This document shows, in pieces, positions 17,473 to 27,399 of a stretch of 64,000 nucleotides of DNA. Both the position numbers and the translations under genes were made by a program. Origin of the DNA: Candidatus Eiseniibacteriota bacterium (lineage in GTDB: Bacteria; Arandabacterota; Arandabacteria; Arandabacterales; Arandabacteraceae); NCBI GenBank assembly GCA_043810925.1, contig JBDRNT010000106.1:1-64000 (forward strand), given 5' to 3'. Below the pieces are notes generated by a model that had not been told where the DNA came from, did not search any database, and saw only the letters and a list, made by a program, of their open reading frames with translations. Position 1 is the first letter of the stretch; every line of letters begins with the position of its first letter.

Positions 17473-20466
17473 CTACTCCCCGCGGCGAAGCGGCTCAGGA
17501 TCGGGCGCACGCTTCCCTACAACGGGTTTCGGCTCAAACGGTTTGGATGGCCGCCCTTCCTGCCAGGTACCTCTGGGCTCTGTCTTGGTGCCACGCTCCT
17601 CCCTGTAATGCTTCTCTTTAAGCGCCCGGAGGATCTTCTCAGGTGTAACAGGCAGATCCGTAACCCAAACGCCTGCGGCCTGGGCTATTGCATGAGCCAC
17701 GGCACCCATCACCGGCAGGGTGGAGCCCTCACCGACTTCCTTGGCCCCGAACGGGCCTTCCGGCTCGTATGAATCGACGATACCGCTCATGATCTCGGGT
17801 GCATCCTTGATTGTCATTATGAGATACTCATGGAGATTCGAGTTAACGATGTCTCCCTTGTCATCGAAAACGACCTCTTCCATCAGGGTCTCACCGGCCG
17901 CCATTACCACAGCCCCCTCCACCTGGCCATGAACCATCCTCGGGTTTATGGGTGTACCGCAATCATGAGAGTCCGTGAACCTCTCCAGTGTGACCTTGCC
18001 CGTCTCCAGATCCACCGCCAATTCGCAGACCGTTGTCCCGAAGGAGTAGGCGGGGCTGGTCCCCACAGCGGCCCCCTTGTAATCCCCCCCGAGTCCTTCC
18101 GGCGGTTTGTAGAACCCGGTTCCGACGAGGGGTCCGTTTTCATTGAAGTAGATGCGGGCTGCCTCGGCCCAATCCATGCTGATGCCGGCGTCATCCTTTG
18201 AGACAATGCTGCCGTCATGTACAGAAAGCACGGAAGCATCGCAACCCAACTCCCGTGCCGCGATGGGGAGCAGCTGCTCGACGATCCGGCCCGACGCCAT
18301 GACCACGGCATTACCACCCATCAGTGTGACTCTTGAGGAGTATGCTCCGAGGTCTATCGGGCTTATGTCCGTATCTTCACAGCGGATGTGAACCCGCTCA
18401 ACCGGTATCCCAAGTGTCTCTGCGCACATCTGACTCAGTACGGTTTCCGCCCCCTGTCCGATCTCGGCGGCCCCGATGAAAAGGACGGCCGCCATACCGT
18501 CCTCGAGAATCTTCACGACGGCATTGGCGTGCGGGAAAACGGCCTTCTTCATAAAGGTCTTCGGGGTCTTCTCATGCGACATCCGGACCTCACCACGGTA
18601 AATGGCATAGCCGGCCCCCGATACGAATCCACCCGATCCGATTCCGATACCCTTACCCTGGGGGAGCTTCCTATATTTCTCATTCCAGCCGGAGTCACGG
18701 GCGGCCGCTTCGAGCGTCGCCTTGAACTCGCAGCTTCTGACATCGAGATCGTTGACGGTCCGTGTATTCCTGTCCATGGCGTTCTTCATCCTGATGGCCA
18801 CAGGATCAATCCCGATTTCATCGGCCACCATATTAAGAAGACACTCGAAGGCAAACCTCGGCTGAGGCACGCCGTGACCTCTCATGGCACCGCAAGCCGG
18901 CTTGTTTGTGAACACACGGTAGCCACGATAGCGGTAGTTCGGCAGGTGGTAGAGTGTTGGCATCATGCTGCCTGCATAGTAGGCGGTCACGACCCCGAAT
19001 GATGTGTACGCTCCACCATCGAGATATATCGTGCTTTCGAAGGCCGTTATCGTACCGTCTTTCTTGACCCCGAGTTTGAATTGCATGTACTGCTTATGTC
19101 TCCCGCGTCCATGATGGAACATGTCCTTGCGGCTGTAGACCATCTTGACGGGCCGTCCCGTTTTCCTCGCAAGTATGGAAGCGCAGAGATCCAGAGGTGT
19201 TGTCTCTGCCTTGACACCGAAGCCACCGCCCACCACAGGACTCATCACCTTTATCTCGCCTAAGGGGAGCTGGAAAACATGGGCGAGCATGTAGTGGACA
19301 TAATGGGGCACCTGGGTTGATGTGTGAAGGATCAGTCTTCCGCCCTGCTCCCAATGCGCGATCGATGCATGGGGTTCCATGGGGGCCTGATGCGTGTGAT
19401 TGCCCACAAAACTCTCTTCCCTGATGTAGTCGGCTTCCTGAAAGCCTCTTTTAACATCACCGAAATCGTGTTCCACGCTGGTGTTGATGTTGTGTTTGAA
19501 GCGAGGCTGCTCGTGGAGTTGGGGAGCACCATCAGCCACCGCCTCCTGGGGTGTGAAAACGGCCGGGAGTTCCTCATACTCGACTTCGATCAGTCCGATC
19601 GCACGCTCCGCCGTCTCTTCATCAACGGCTGCAACCGCGGCAACTTCGTCCCCAACGTACCTGACTATCTCCTTGGCCAGGACGTACTCATCGTAGCGTG
19701 CAGGTGAGACCCCGTACTTGATGTCGGGCACGTCACGGCCTGTGATCACGCATATCACTCCTGGTAGTGCCCGCGCTTTGGATATGTCTATGCTCTTTAT
19801 CCTGCCGTGGGCCACGGGGCTTCCAAGGATTCGTCCATGGAGCATGCCGGGGAAGTGATAGTCGGCCGTGTACTTGGCTCTCCCCGTTGCCTTGTCCGCA
19901 GCATCGAGCCGGGGTATGCTTCTACCCACGGTGGCGTAACTGTCGAGATCATCCGGGTGGGGGGCGGCCTCTTCGCTATACTTCTTCCAGTTCTTGACGG
20001 CGCGGATGATGGCGGTGTAGCCCGTACACCTGCAGAGATTGCCCGAGAGGGCCGTCTTTATCTCCTCATCAGATGGATCGGGACTGCGATCGATCAGAGC
20101 CTTGGCGGACAGGATCATACCGGGTGTGCAGTACCCGCACTGAATCGCTCCCTCTCTTATGAAGGATTTCTGAATGGGATGGAGCGTGCCATCACGTTCG
20201 AGTCCCTCGATCGTTGTTATGTCATGGCCTTCCTGTGAAGACGCGAGGACGATACAGCTGTTTACAGGCTCGCCGTCTATCAGGACGGTGCACGCGCCAC
20301 AAACACCGAGCTCGCATCCCTTCTTGGTGCCGGTAAGACGGAGTTTGTCCCTCAGAACGTCGAGCAGAATCTCATTGTCTTTGACAGACACGTTGTATGT
20401 CCGGCCGTTCACCCGGAGTTCTATGTTTCTGTACACGGTTGCTCCAGCGGCTCCCAAGTTAGGCAC
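17473..20466 (-). CDS. hcrA: 4-hydroxybenzoyl-CoA reductase-like molybdopterin subunit fused to an N-terminal 2x[2Fe-2S] subunit (HcrC-HcrA fusion)
   Basis: GCELGVCGACT and QCGYC..NLCRC FeS motifs, then an XDH-family Mo domain with HcrA-like TQVPHYVH, CGAMRGHG, FVSG, GAYSSRVT and GAAVG segments; start may be GTG 20436. Confidence 0.75.
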   Translation of the reverse strand: MPNLGAAGATVYRNIELRVNGRTYNVSVKDNEILLDVLRDKLRLTGTKKGCELGVCGACTVLIDGEPVNSCIVLASSQEGHDITTIEGLERDGTLHPIQKSFIREGAIQCGYCTPGMILSAKALIDRSPDPSDEEIKTALSGNLCRCTGYTAIIRAVKNWKKYSEEAAPHPDDLDSYATVGRSIPRLDAADKATGRAKYTADYHFPGMLHGRILGSPVAHGRIKSIDISKARALPGVICVITGRDVPDIKYGVSPARYDEYVLAKEIVRYVGDEVAAVAAVDEETAERAIGLIEVEYEELPAVFTPQEAVADGAPQLHEQPRFKHNINTSVEHDFGDVKRGFQEADYIREESFVGNHTHQAPMEPHASIAHWEQGGRLILHTSTQVPHYVHYMLAHVFQLPLGEIKVMSPVVGGGFGVKAETTPLDLCASILARKTGRPVKMVYSRKDMFHHGRGRHKQYMQFKLGVKKDGTITAFESTIYLDGGAYTSFGVVTAYYAGSMMPTLYHLPNYRYRGYRVFTNKPACGAMRGHGVPQPRFAFECLLNMVADEIGIDPVAIRMKNAMDRNTRTVNDLDVRSCEFKATLEAAARDSGWNEKYRKLPQGKGIGIGSGGFVSGAGYAIYRGEVRMSHEKTPKTFMKKAVFPHANAVVKILEDGMAAVLFIGAAEIGQGAETVLSQMCAETLGIPVERVHIRCEDTDISPIDLGAYSSRVTLMGGNAVVMASGRIVEQLLPIAARELGCDASVLSVHDGSIVSKDDAGISMDWAEAARIYFNENGPLVGTGFYKPPEGLGGDYKGAAVGTSPAYSFGTTVCELAVDLETGKVTLERFTDSHDCGTPINPRMVHGQVEGAVVMAAGETLMEEVVFDDKGDIVNSNLHEYLIMTIKDAPEIMSGIVDSYEPEGPFGAKEVGEGSTLPVMGAVAHAIAQAAGVWVTDLPVTPEKILRALKEKHYREERGTKTEPRGTWQEGRPSKPFEPKPVVGKRAPDPEPLRRGE

Positions 20467-21349
20467 CTCCCGACCTGGCCCTGGTAAGAGCCTCGTTAAG
20501 TGCTCTCACCGTCAGCACTTCCACCAGGTCTGCGCGGTACTCGTCCGTGCCCCGGATGTCGGAGATGGGTTTGGCCTCGCGTCTCGCGATCCGGCCTGCC
20601 TCCTGGAATATCTCCGGCGATGGTGGCTTTCCCTCAAGACGGGCGGCCGCATCCCGCGCGATCACAGGTTTTGGGGCAACCGCCGTGAGTGCGATACGGC
20701 TTTCGAGGATTGTCCCCTGAGAACCGTCCTGCAGGGTGAGCATCGCGCCCGCGCCTGCAACCGCAAGCGCGTTGGCTTCTCTGAGCATAAACTTGTGGTA
20801 CGACATTCCGGTGGCCGGGCCGGGCTTGGGCAGAACAAGATGAGTCATTATTTCGCACTCGCTGCATACCGTTTTTCTGGGTCCGAGGAAGTAGTCCTCT
20901 ATGCGAACCATACGCTCGCCATCGCCGGAGGATAGCACCGCCTCACCACCTGCCACGATAAAGAACGGTGCAAGATCCGATGACGGCACGGCACCGGCGA
21001 TGTTCCCGGCCACGGTGGCTATGCTTCGCACCGGGTAGGCGGCCATTGACCCGAGTGCATCGATGAGCGCGGGGAAGTGTCTTTTTATCAGGCAATCACG
21101 GGATGCCTGGTTCAAGGTTACGAGAGCGCCGATACGAATTGCGTCATCCGTTTCATCGATCGAGTCGAGCCCGTCTATCTTCTTAAGTGAGACCAGGCGC
21201 TCTACGTCCGTGATCCGGCCCTGCTTGAGGTCGACCAGGATGTCGGTTCCACCGGCGAGCACTCTTGATCGGGGGCAGTACTCGTTCAGGAGGTCGCATG
21301 CCTCCGCGATCGTCTCAGGTTCGTGAAGCACAATGTCGGGGAGCCTCAT
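20459..21349 (-). CDS. FAD-binding (medium) subunit of XDH-family Mo enzyme (HcrB-like, no [4Fe-4S] insert)
   Basis: AGGTD, IRIGA, RSIATVAGNI...PSSD and PISDIRGTDEYR motifs; overlaps the start of the Mo subunit. Confidence 0.85.
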   Translation of the reverse strand: MRLPDIVLHEPETIAEACDLLNEYCPRSRVLAGGTDILVDLKQGRITDVERLVSLKKIDGLDSIDETDDAIRIGALVTLNQASRDCLIKRHFPALIDALGSMAAYPVRSIATVAGNIAGAVPSSDLAPFFIVAGGEAVLSSGDGERMVRIEDYFLGPRKTVCSECEIMTHLVLPKPGPATGMSYHKFMLREANALAVAGAGAMLTLQDGSQGTILESRIALTAVAPKPVIARDAAARLEGKPPSPEIFQEAGRIARREAKPISDIRGTDEYRADLVEVLTVRALNEALTRARSGGA

Positions 21350-21557
21350 CTATCCCATCTCCGTTCAGCATCATCCTGCGCCGGCACCTGACGATCTGCC
21401 CGCCGGAACGCATCCTGTCAAGCCTGCGTCACTCTGCTTCTTATATCACAGTAAGCGATCGGGGTCAAACACCTCTTGCCACTTCTGCCGTGTCCATGAT
21501 ACGCTCATGCAGCCTGAGGCAAAGTGACCATGGAGGGCACTTACCTGAGAGGTTGAG

Positions 21558-22508
21558 ATGTCAATGAATGCCATAAGCGGGTGGATCCAGGCGAGAATCG
21601 GACTTGGGTTGGCGACACAGCACAGACTCCTGGTTTCCATCATTTTCGTTCTCGTGCTCTGGATTATTCACGGCATAATTGCACGCCTTCTGCTGCCACG
21701 GATTGAAGATATCCAGGTACGCTACCGTACGCGAAAGCTCACCGGCTACGCCATATTCATAATCGGGATCCTTGTCATCGGGCGAATATGGCTCGGGGGA
21801 TTCCATACTTTCGGGACCTATCTGGGCATTGTCTCTGCCGGGCTTGCGATTGCGCTCCGCGATCCGATCGTCAATCTCGTCGGATGGGTCTTCATTATGC
21901 TCCGCCAGCCCTTTTCGGTCGGAGACCGCATTCAGATCGGCGCGCACGCCGGCGATGTCATCGACTTGAGAGTGTTTCAATTCACGCTTATGGAGATCGG
22001 CAACTGGGTCGACGCCGACCAGAGCACCGGCAGGATCATTCATATTCCAAATGGCAGGGTCTTCACCGAAGCCCTGGCGAACTACAGTAAGGGCTTCCAG
22101 TACATCTGGAATGAAATCCCCGTCCTTGTGACCTTTGAGAGCAACTGGCAGAAGGCCAAGGAAATCATGCTCCGAATTGTGATGGAGGATTCCGAGAAAC
22201 TGAGCAAGCAAGCGGCGGTGAAAGTGCGGGATGCCGCACGCAAGTTCATGATCTTCTATGCCAAGCTCACACCCATTGTCTATACCAGTGTCAAGGACTC
22301 TGGGATCCTGCTGACGGTACGCTACCTGTGTGAACCGCGGGAGAGACGCGCGACCGCTGAGGCGATCTGGGAGGATATCCTAAAGGAGTTCGCCAAGTGC
22401 GATGACATAGACTTCGCGTACCCGACCCGCAGATTCTATGACAATCTCGCCGAGGGGAAACCCGGGACCACGCCGTCCCCACCTGACCCAGGTGGCCCGC
22501 CGGCGTAG
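21558..22508 (+). CDS. mscS: Small-conductance mechanosensitive channel family protein
   Basis: TM helices; GLAIALRD...N, PFSVGDRIQIG...GDV and IPN motifs. Confidence 0.85.
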   Translation: MSMNAISGWIQARIGLGLATQHRLLVSIIFVLVLWIIHGIIARLLLPRIEDIQVRYRTRKLTGYAIFIIGILVIGRIWLGGFHTFGTYLGIVSAGLAIALRDPIVNLVGWVFIMLRQPFSVGDRIQIGAHAGDVIDLRVFQFTLMEIGNWVDADQSTGRIIHIPNGRVFTEALANYSKGFQYIWNEIPVLVTFESNWQKAKEIMLRIVMEDSEKLSKQAAVKVRDAARKFMIFYAKLTPIVYTSVKDSGILLTVRYLCEPRERRATAEAIWEDILKEFAKCDDIDFAYPTRRFYDNLAEGKPGTTPSPPDPGGPPA

Positions 22509-22509
22509 T

Positions 22510-22566
22510 AATTTCGGTGACACCATACTAAATTACTCGAGAATCAAGTACGGTGTCACCGTAATT
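22510..22566. repeat. REP-like family A inverted pair
   Basis: AATTTCGGTGACACCATACTAAATT ... AAGTACGGTGTCACCGTAATT directly after the mscS stop. Confidence 0.75.
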
Positions 22567-22594
22567 ACCATCTGAAATACGGCACATTTCGGGG

Positions 22595-22623
22595 TTGAAA
22601 TCCGGGGCGCTATCGAGTATGCT
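22595..22623 (+). promoter_or_regulatory. Sigma70-type promoter of the bzdN operon
   Basis: TTGAAA-N17-TATGCT. Confidence 0.55.
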
Positions 22624-22685
22624 CAAACACTAGAAATTCGATCTTCATATAGAGGAAACCGCTGATCTTCGAGGAGGATTAGGGC

Positions 22686-23810
22686 ATGATAGAGATGTTC
22701 AAGGAGTGGTATGACGCCCGCCACGAGTACGCAAAGGAGTGGAAGAAGAAAACGGGCGGCAAGGTGCTCGGATACTTCTGCACTTACGTGCCGGAGGAGA
22801 TCGTCTATGCGGCCGGTGTCCTGCCTGTGCGTATACTGGGAAGCCACGAACCCCAGAACGTGACCGAGCCGCACATTTTCGCGATGTTCTGTCCTTTCTG
22901 CCGGGACGTCCTGGCGCAGGGACTCCAGGGACGCTACGATTACCTCGACGGTATCATGATAGCCCAGAGCTGTCTCCACATCAGACAGGCCTATACGAGC
23001 TGGGACCTCCACATCCCGTCTGAGTTCAGTTACTATCTGCCGATGCCTCACCACGTTCAGTCGAAGCGTGCCGTTCCCTTCACACGTGCCGAGTTCGAGA
23101 TATTCAAGACCCGTCTCGAGGAGTGGACCGGCAAGAAGATAACCGACGATGACTTAAGACGCGGGATCGAAACGGTAAACCGTGACCGCCAGATGATGAA
23201 GAAGGTCTACGAACTGCGAAAGGCCGCCGAGGTCCCCATGACGGGACTCGAAGCGATGTACATGGTCGTCTCGAGCCAAATGACGGATAAGACCGAGCAC
23301 GCCCGTGTCGTCGAGGATGCGCTTGGAGAACTCAAGGGCCGGACGATCGGCCGTCCGACGGGGACGAGGCTCATGGTCCTCGGAAGCGAGAACGACGATG
23401 TAGAGTTCATCGGTATGATCGAGAGCCTGGATGCGACCATTGTCCAGGACGACCACTGCACGGGCACCCGTTACTTCTGGGATGAGGTCGAGGACGGTGG
23501 TGATCCCATGGATGCCATTGCCGCGCGGTATGTGAATCGCACCCCGTGCCCGACCAAAGACTGGCCGGTCCGCAAACGCGTCGACCGGATCCTGTCGTTT
23601 GCAAAGGACTGGGACGTTGCCGGTGCCATCGTGATTCAGCAGAAATTCTGCGACCCGCACGAGCTGGACATTCCGGCCATACGCAAGGCGCTCGAGAATG
23701 CGGGGCTGAAGGTTCTTTTCCTCGAGCTCGATGTCACCGTACCTGTGGGTCAGTTCAAGATACGGGCAGAGGCATTTCTCGAGATGCTGGCCGAGGACGA
23801 CCTGTTCTGA
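22686..23810 (+). CDS. bzdN: Benzoyl-CoA reductase, bzd-type, subunit N
   Basis: GYFCTYVPEE, MFCPFCRDVLAQGL.GRYDYLDG, DDHCTGTRYFW and QQKFCDPHELD motifs. Confidence 0.93.
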   Translation: MIEMFKEWYDARHEYAKEWKKKTGGKVLGYFCTYVPEEIVYAAGVLPVRILGSHEPQNVTEPHIFAMFCPFCRDVLAQGLQGRYDYLDGIMIAQSCLHIRQAYTSWDLHIPSEFSYYLPMPHHVQSKRAVPFTRAEFEIFKTRLEEWTGKKITDDDLRRGIETVNRDRQMMKKVYELRKAAEVPMTGLEAMYMVVSSQMTDKTEHARVVEDALGELKGRTIGRPTGTRLMVLGSENDDVEFIGMIESLDATIVQDDHCTGTRYFWDEVEDGGDPMDAIAARYVNRTPCPTKDWPVRKRVDRILSFAKDWDVAGAIVIQQKFCDPHELDIPAIRKALENAGLKVLFLELDVTVPVGQFKIRAEAFLEMLAEDDLF

Positions 23811-23843
23811 TATGACGTTAAAGAGATACAGGAGGAAGCCCTA

Positions 23844-25187
23844 ATGGCAAAGTACAAAACAGAACCTCTGAAACTGTGGAACAAGGCCAAGGAACTACGG
23901 CTCAAGTTCTATGAGAATTATGCCAAAGCCCATGAGAAGGGAGGGCTCCGCTGGGCCGGCGGCGCGTGGACGCTAGATGCCATACCGCGCGGTCTGGGTG
24001 ATGACGTCTGGTCGATCACGTCGGAGCCTTACGCAGCCTCCATCGCCTTTAATAAGAAGTTCTCCCTGCGATGCCTCGAAGCAACCGAGCGGGCCGGCTA
24101 CGCCCGTGACCTGTGCTCCTATATGCGCAACTACTGGGGCAGCATAATACTTGATGAATACGCGTTCCCGGAGTTTTCCAAGAAGTGGCCCAAGCCCGAC
24201 TTCATTTTCCAGGACCATATATGCTGCTCGCATTCGAAGTGGTACCAGGTTGTATGCGATCTCGAGCCGGGTGTCCCGATGTTCAGCGTGGACGTCGGTT
24301 GTGCACCCGCCATGAAGGCGGACGGCGAGACCTTCGAGTATATTCCGATGCCGCAACACGCGATCGACTACGTTGTCGGCCAGTGTCTTGACGGGATAGA
24401 CTATCTTGTCAAGGTGACCGGCCGCGAGTACAACGACGAGCTTCTCAGGAAGGCCATATACAACCACATGCGTTCGACCGCGACGTGGGCAAAGGTGTGC
24501 GAATTCCAGAAGACCATTCCGGCGCCGCTTGAGGAGAAGACACTCTATTCGCTCTATGTACTCGGCGTGCTGGCAAAGGCCAGCCAGTGGTGCGCGGACT
24601 TCTATGATGAGTTACTGGAAGATGTCAAGGACCGCGTCGATCGTGGGATCGCGGCAATCGCAGAAGAACGGGCGCGTCTTATAAGCGACACGCAGCCGCC
24701 GTGGGGATTCCTCAAGGTGTTCCGGTATCTCGAGGAGTTCGGGTGCATTTCGATCGGTTCACTCTATACCTTCGGTCTGGTCGGTCAATGGGAGCTTAAG
24801 GAGGACGGGACATGGGGTGCGAAGACCATTCCGGCCTCGGTCGATGATCTGCCGACGGATCGTGAAGGCATGCTGGCTGAATACATCAAGTTCGAGATAA
24901 ACAAGCCCGAGTGGCAGCATTTCTATCACCCTGCGCTTAAGAGTGCGATGATGATAAAGATCGCCCGCGACTGGAAACTGGACGGCGTGATGCTCCACTA
25001 TAACCGCGGGTGTGAGGGTCTGACGATCGGTATTGCCGAGAACCGGCTTGCGCTTCAGAAGGCAGGGTTCCCGGTCATGACTTTTGAGGGCAACATGGGT
25101 GATGAGCGTGAGTTCGACGAGGCGCGAACCATGGCCCGTATCGATGCCTTCATGGAAACGCTCAGCCTCAACAAGATAGAAGTCTGA
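23844..25187 (+). CDS. bzdO: Benzoyl-CoA reductase, bzd-type, subunit O
   Basis: [47 protein letters not shown] and [11 protein letters not shown] motifs. Confidence 0.93.
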   Translation: MAKYKTEPLKLWNKAKELRLKFYENYAKAHEKGGLRWAGGAWTLDAIPRGLGDDVWSITSEPYAASIAFNKKFSLRCLEATERAGYARDLCSYMRNYWGSIILDEYAFPEFSKKWPKPDFIFQDHICCSHSKWYQVVCDLEPGVPMFSVDVGCAPAMKADGETFEYIPMPQHAIDYVVGQCLDGIDYLVKVTGREYNDELLRKAIYNHMRSTATWAKVCEFQKTIPAPLEEKTLYSLYVLGVLAKASQWCADFYDELLEDVKDRVDRGIAAIAEERARLISDTQPPWGFLKVFRYLEEFGCISIGSLYTFGLVGQWELKEDGTWGAKTIPASVDDLPTDREGMLAEYIKFEINKPEWQHFYHPALKSAMMIKIARDWKLDGVMLHYNRGCEGLTIGIAENRLALQKAGFPVMTFEGNMGDEREFDEARTMARIDAFMETLSLNKIEV

Positions 25188-25225
25188 AAGAATCGAACTT
25201 ACACATGTAGAAGGGAGGAGCCCGC

Positions 25226-25993
25226 ATGATTACTGCAGGTGTGGACTGCGGGTCCAAGAACGTCAGGGTAGTGATAGTCAAGGACGGTGAGATCATGGCC
25301 CAGTCCATGGCCCCCGCGGGGATGGACGCGGCCAAGGCGGCACAGGATGCCTACGATAAGGCGCTCGCCGAGGCGGGGATCGCCGCCGGTGACGTCGCGA
25401 AGGTCGTTGCCACCGGTGCGGGTAAGAATGAACCCGGATTTAAGAACGATGTAGTGACCGAAGTCGGGGCGGACGCGAAGGGTGCGGTACATCTCTTCCC
25501 CGAAGCCCGCACGGTGATTGATGTTGGTGCGGAAGAGGGCCGGGCAATCAAGATAGATGCTCAGGGCAAGGTCATTGACTTCGCGATCAACGAAAAGTGC
25601 GCGGCGGGAGCAGGGGCGTTCACCGAGTCCATGGCTCGTGCCCTCGAGGTCAAGCTTGAAGAGCTGGGCCCGCTATCGCTGGAGAGTACGCGGGCAATCC
25701 CGATGAATGCTCAGTGCGCGGTTTTCGCTGAGAGTGAGGTCGTAACCCTTGTTCATAAGAAGACCTCAAAGCAGGACATGGCCCGTGCGATTCACGACGC
25801 GATAGCCGACCGGATCACGTCGATGGTCCGCCGTGTGGGCATCGAGGAGAAGATAGTCCTCATAGGCGGTGTATCCTACAACGTCGGTTTTGTCAAATCG
25901 CTCGAAGAGGATCTAAAGACAAAGGTACTGATTCCCGAGAGGGCCGAGTTTGTCGGTGCCCTTGGAGCGGCACTTGTTGCCGCGAGCAAGTGA
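25226..25993 (+). CDS. bzdP: Benzoyl-CoA reductase ATPase subunit P
   Basis: ASKHA motifs GVDCGS and IDVGAEEGRA; NEKCAAGAG and NAQCAVF cluster cysteines. Confidence 0.9.
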   Translation: MITAGVDCGSKNVRVVIVKDGEIMAQSMAPAGMDAAKAAQDAYDKALAEAGIAAGDVAKVVATGAGKNEPGFKNDVVTEVGADAKGAVHLFPEARTVIDVGAEEGRAIKIDAQGKVIDFAINEKCAAGAGAFTESMARALEVKLEELGPLSLESTRAIPMNAQCAVFAESEVVTLVHKKTSKQDMARAIHDAIADRITSMVRRVGIEEKIVLIGGVSYNVGFVKSLEEDLKTKVLIPERAEFVGALGAALVAASK

Positions 25994-26027
25994 TCCGGCA
26001 TGATGGAATTGTACGGAGGACTGCAAT

Positions 26028-26933
26028 ATGACTGATGATTACAGAATGGTTACGGAGGCGAAAGGGGCCGAATACTGGCGATGGACGGAGTCGAGGTGGA
26101 CCAATCCCGATCTCGACTGGAAGCAGGGTGAAGTCGTGAGCGCAGGAGTGGATGTGGGCAGCGTATCCACCCAGGCTGTCGTGATGGTTGACGGCAAACT
26201 CTACGCCTACAGCAACATGCGCACAGGTTCCGACTCACCCGAGAGCGCCAACAAGGCAATTGAATGGGCGTTCGAGGGGACGGGTCTTACGCTCGACAAT
26301 CTCAACGCAACGGTGGGCACCGGCTACGGCCGTGTCAACGTGCCCTTCGCCACCAAGGCGATCACCGAGATTGCCTGTCACGCGCGCGGGGCCAACTTCA
26401 TGTATGGTCCGACCGTGCGGACCGTCCTCGATATGGGCGGCCAGGACTGTAAAGCCATACACTGTGATGAGAAGGGCAAGGTCAAGGCGTTTCTCATGAA
26501 TGACAAGTGTGCGGCGGGTACGGGTCGAGGCATGGAGGTATTTGCGGATCTTCTCGGTGTTCACATCAACGAGGTCGGTGAGATGAGTCTCTCGGTCGAA
26601 GAGGAACCACCGCCTGTATCGTCAACCTGCGTGGTCTTTGCCAAGAGCGAGGCCTCGGGTCTGCTTCGTGAAGGCTGGCCCAAGGAGAAAGTGCTCGCGG
26701 CCTACTGCTCGGCCATGGCCCACCGCATCGTTGATCTCCTTGAGCGTATCGGTGTCGAGAAGGAGTTCGCGATCACCGGCGGCATAGCCAAGAACCCGGG
26801 TGTGGTCAAGCGTCTTGCCAAGGAGCTCAATATCGAACCGCTCCCCACGGACATGGATACACAGATAGCCGGGGCCATGGGCGGCGCACTCTTTGCACGA
26901 GCGCTCTATCTAAAGAAGATGAAGAAGGCATAG
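26028..26933 (+). CDS. bzdQ: Benzoyl-CoA reductase ATPase subunit Q
   Basis: EYWRW.E N-terminus; GVDVGSVS, TEIACHARG, DMGGQDCK and MNDKCAAGTGRGME motifs. Confidence 0.93.
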   Translation: MTDDYRMVTEAKGAEYWRWTESRWTNPDLDWKQGEVVSAGVDVGSVSTQAVVMVDGKLYAYSNMRTGSDSPESANKAIEWAFEGTGLTLDNLNATVGTGYGRVNVPFATKAITEIACHARGANFMYGPTVRTVLDMGGQDCKAIHCDEKGKVKAFLMNDKCAAGTGRGMEVFADLLGVHINEVGEMSLSVEEEPPPVSSTCVVFAKSEASGLLREGWPKEKVLAAYCSAMAHRIVDLLERIGVEKEFAITGGIAKNPGVVKRLAKELNIEPLPTDMDTQIAGAMGGALFARALYLKKMKKA

Positions 26934-26942
26934 AAATACGCC

Positions 26943-27005
26943 GTAGCGTCGGGTCTCCGCGCCCGACGTTATAGCTGAATGTCCGGCATGGAAACCGGAC
27001 GCTAC
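26943..27005. repeat. GTAG-type REP doublet, family B
   Basis: GTAGCGTCGGGTCTCCGCGCCCGACG and the inverted copy TGTCCGGCATGGAAACCGGACGCTAC. Confidence 0.75.
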
Positions 27006-27035
27006 GGATCTGAAGGAACGGTCGAGGGATAAGAG

Positions 27036-27329
27036 ATGCTTGCCAATTATGGTTACAAGGATGGCTCGGGCGACTTCTTCATTACGATTGACACCGACAA
27101 GTGTGACGGTTGCGGTGCCTGTGTTGAGGCATGCCCCGCAAAAGTGCTCGAACTTGTCGAGAATGAGTTCGATCTCGATGCCGAGACCGATGTCGCTGCG
27201 GTCACCGCGGAGCACAAGAAGAAGATAAAGTACTCCTGCGGTCCGTGTAAGCCGGCTCACGGCTACGAACCCGCGGATCTACCGTGTGTTAAGGCCTGCG
27301 GGCCGGGTGCAATCGATCACTCCTGGTAG
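27036..27329 (+). CDS. bzdM: Ferredoxin of benzoyl-CoA reductase
   Basis: ANYGYKDGSG.FFITIDTDKCDGCGACVEACP ... KIKYSCGPCKP...PCV.AC...AI.HSW, a BzdM-type pattern. Confidence 0.88.
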   Translation: MLANYGYKDGSGDFFITIDTDKCDGCGACVEACPAKVLELVENEFDLDAETDVAAVTAEHKKKIKYSCGPCKPAHGYEPADLPCVKACGPGAIDHSW

Positions 27330-27399
27330 GATGCGTGTCAAGATGTTGTCCCGCTTCATCCGCTCAAACACACCGGGTTAATCACTCCGGGAGGCCCAC

